DNA from: Takakia lepidozioides
Lineage: Eukaryota > Plantae > Bryophyta
Assembly: GCA_030704615.1 (NCBI GenBank)
Contig: CM060731.1
Coordinates: 9,176,001-9,240,000, forward strand
Reading direction: 5' to 3'
Length of the DNA stretch: 64,000 nucleotides
Shown here: one piece after another, positions 62,070 to 64,000 of the stretch
Layout: each line of letters opens with the position of its first letter
Position numbering within the stretch: the stretch's first letter is position 1
Notes under the pieces: generated by a model
What the model saw: the letters and a program-made list of their open reading frames with translations, nothing else
The model's database searches: none
What the model was told of the DNA's origin: nothing
Position numbers and translations under genes: made by a program

Positions 62070-63650
62070 ATGAGTGTGGTGGGGCTGGATGTAGGCAATG
62101 AGAACTGCAGAGTAGGTGTGGCAAGGCAGCGGGGCATCGACGTCGTACTTAACGATGAGTCCAAACGTGAGACTCCTGCAATGGTGTCGTTCGGGGACAA
62201 ACAGCGGTTTCTCGGCATTGCCGGTGCTGCGTCCGCCACCATGAACCCCAAGAATACGATTTCCCAGGTGAAGCGGCTTATCGGGAGGAAATTTCAGGAC
62301 CCGGAGGTGCAAAGAGATCTGCATTTGTTTCCGTTTTCTGTCACTGAGGGACCTGAGGGTAACCCGTTGATCAATGTGCAGTACCTGGCGGAGAGTAGAA
62401 GTTTTACGCCAACGCAGATTCTTGGGATGATCCTGTCAAATCTGAAGACTATTGCCGAAAAGAATCTGGGGACTTCAGTCGTAGACTGTGTAATTGGAAT
62501 TCCTGTGTATTTCACGGAGCTACAGCGGCGCGCGTATCTAGATGCTGCGTCGGTGGCTGGTCTTCATCCGCTGCGTCTTATGCACGAAACCACGGCCACT
62601 GCCCTGGCATACGGAATATACAAGACGGATTTGTCTGACACGGATCCAATTAATGTCGCCTTTGTTGATGTTGGCCATGCAAGCTTGCAAGTTTGCATCG
62701 CTGCCTTTAAGAAAGGTCAGCTTAAGATTCTGGGCTCTTCTTTTGATCGCTCTCTTGGTGGTCGGGACTTTGATGAGGTTCTGTTCAACTATTTCTCGGA
62801 GAAATTTAAGGAGGAATACAAGATTGACGTACCAGCAAATGTTCGAGGAAGCCAGAGGCTTCGTGCTGCCTGTGAAAAAGTGAAGAAAGTTCTCAGTGCA
62901 AATCCTTTAGCACCACTCAATATTGAGTGTTTGGTGGACGAGAAAGACGTCAGAGGGGTCATCAAAAGGGATGAGTTTGAGGAGTTGTCTGCACACATAT
63001 TGGAGCGAGTGAAAGGCCCTTGTGAGATTGCCCTGGCTGAATCAAAACTAAGTCCTGACAAGATTAGTGCTGTTGAGGTCGTTGGATCTGGCTCTCGTGT
63101 CCCGGCAATTCTGAAAATTCTTGCTGCAGTTTTCGGGAAGGAACCAAGCCGCACTCTCAATGCTAGTGAATGCATTGCTCGTGGGTGTGCCCTTCAGTGC
63201 GCTATGCTCAGTCCCACGTTCCGAGTCCGAGAGTTTGAGGTATTTAGTGCAACTTTTGGCCCAAATAATACTGTTTTTGTGCTGCTTACTGTGGTGGAAG
63301 ATTTCAGAAAGTTAGTTTTAGGGTAGTGCCACCTCAACCTATTAATTTCAATTGCAATCTGGTACCCTATATACGGTGTTGTAAGGTCTGTTTCAATTTA
63401 TACTGCCTTGGATGATCAGGTACAAGACTCCTTTCCGTTTCCAATTGCGCTGTCATGGAAGGGATCTGCTCCAGAGTCTGATGGTGGAGAAGGAACTTCT
63501 CCGAACAGTGTCGTCTTTGTAAAGGGCAACCCTGTTCCAAATACCAAAATGTTAACTTTCTACAGATCAGGGACTTTTGCTATTGACGCACTATATGCAG
63601 ACACAAGCGAATTGCCTCCTGGCACTCCGGCAAAGATCAGCACTTTCACG
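62070..63650 (+). CDS. Hsp110/SSE-type heat shock 70 protein (HSP70-14/15-like), 5' exons; gene continues beyond window
   Basis: MSVVGLDVGNENC...RGIDVVLNDESKRETP...LMHETTATALAYG...GSGSRVP...ARGCALQCAMLSPTFRVREFE. Exon 1 62070-63239, exon 2 63420-63650. Confidence 0.95.
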
Positions 63651-64000
63651 GTATGAATCCTATATTCTCAAGATGTTGCTCTTGGTTGAGGTTGTTTGCA
63701 ATGTAGTTGTAGGAGGATAGATGTGCGAAGCTAACAAGGTTGTGCCAGTGTGGAATCATGCTTCTTCGGGAATGCTCTGAGAGTATCAAAGGTCATCCAA
63801 GTGAGTGAAAGGTGTTCCATTTGTTGAGCTGTAAGGGAAGTTTGTTCTTTCCCTAACAGGCAGCAAGGGGGAATTCTGGTTCTGCTGTTTATTTTTTCGA
63901 TGCTTTTAAGGACTCCAGTTTTGACAACTCACAGGGTTGAATCTATCTGCTGTTTGAGAGCATGATCTACTTCCAGTGTCCGAAGTTGAAAGAGGACCCT

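Overview
Eukaryotic (land-plant, probably non-seed-plant) nuclear DNA with spliceosomal introns. The left ~38 kb is a nest of transposable elements. It holds a LINE with an inverted 5' segment, interrupted by an intron-containing THUMP-type RNA methyltransferase gene fragment. Next is an AT-rich block with two FCP1/NIF-like HAD genes, split by a young Ty3/gypsy chromovirus (6549-24854, near-identical LTRs, GTCGG TSD). An 11.3-kb Mutator-like element (MULE; 8773-20121, ~9-bp TSD) has jumped into the gypsy integrase, and a second, diverged, left-truncated relative lies at ~28200-38150. Main discovery candidate: both MULEs carry, divergently from a GCM/WRKY-like-DDE-SWIM transposase, a large multi-exon gene fusing a ParB/Srx-like domain (FYVWDGNHRLLAWM) to a beta-class N4C/N6A DNA-methyltransferase-like domain with an atypical conserved DIPDG motif. 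In both elements the same phase-2 intron of that gene is filled with an array of element-specific palindromes (TGAATGTCG-N4-CGACATTCA versus GGAAATTCGGCGCCGAATTTCC-type). This suggests a transposon-encoded ParB/parS-like, sequence-specific self-recognition or epigenetic (anti-silencing) system. The right ~26 kb holds ordinary host genes (cytosolic glycerol-3-phosphate dehydrogenase, DUF1230/CGLD27-like, DUF1639, Hsp110-type HSP70) and a decayed second LTR retrotransposon. Many 1-bp frameshifts fall in homopolymer runs and may be sequencing errors. All protein assignments come from motif recognition by eye, not from database searches.
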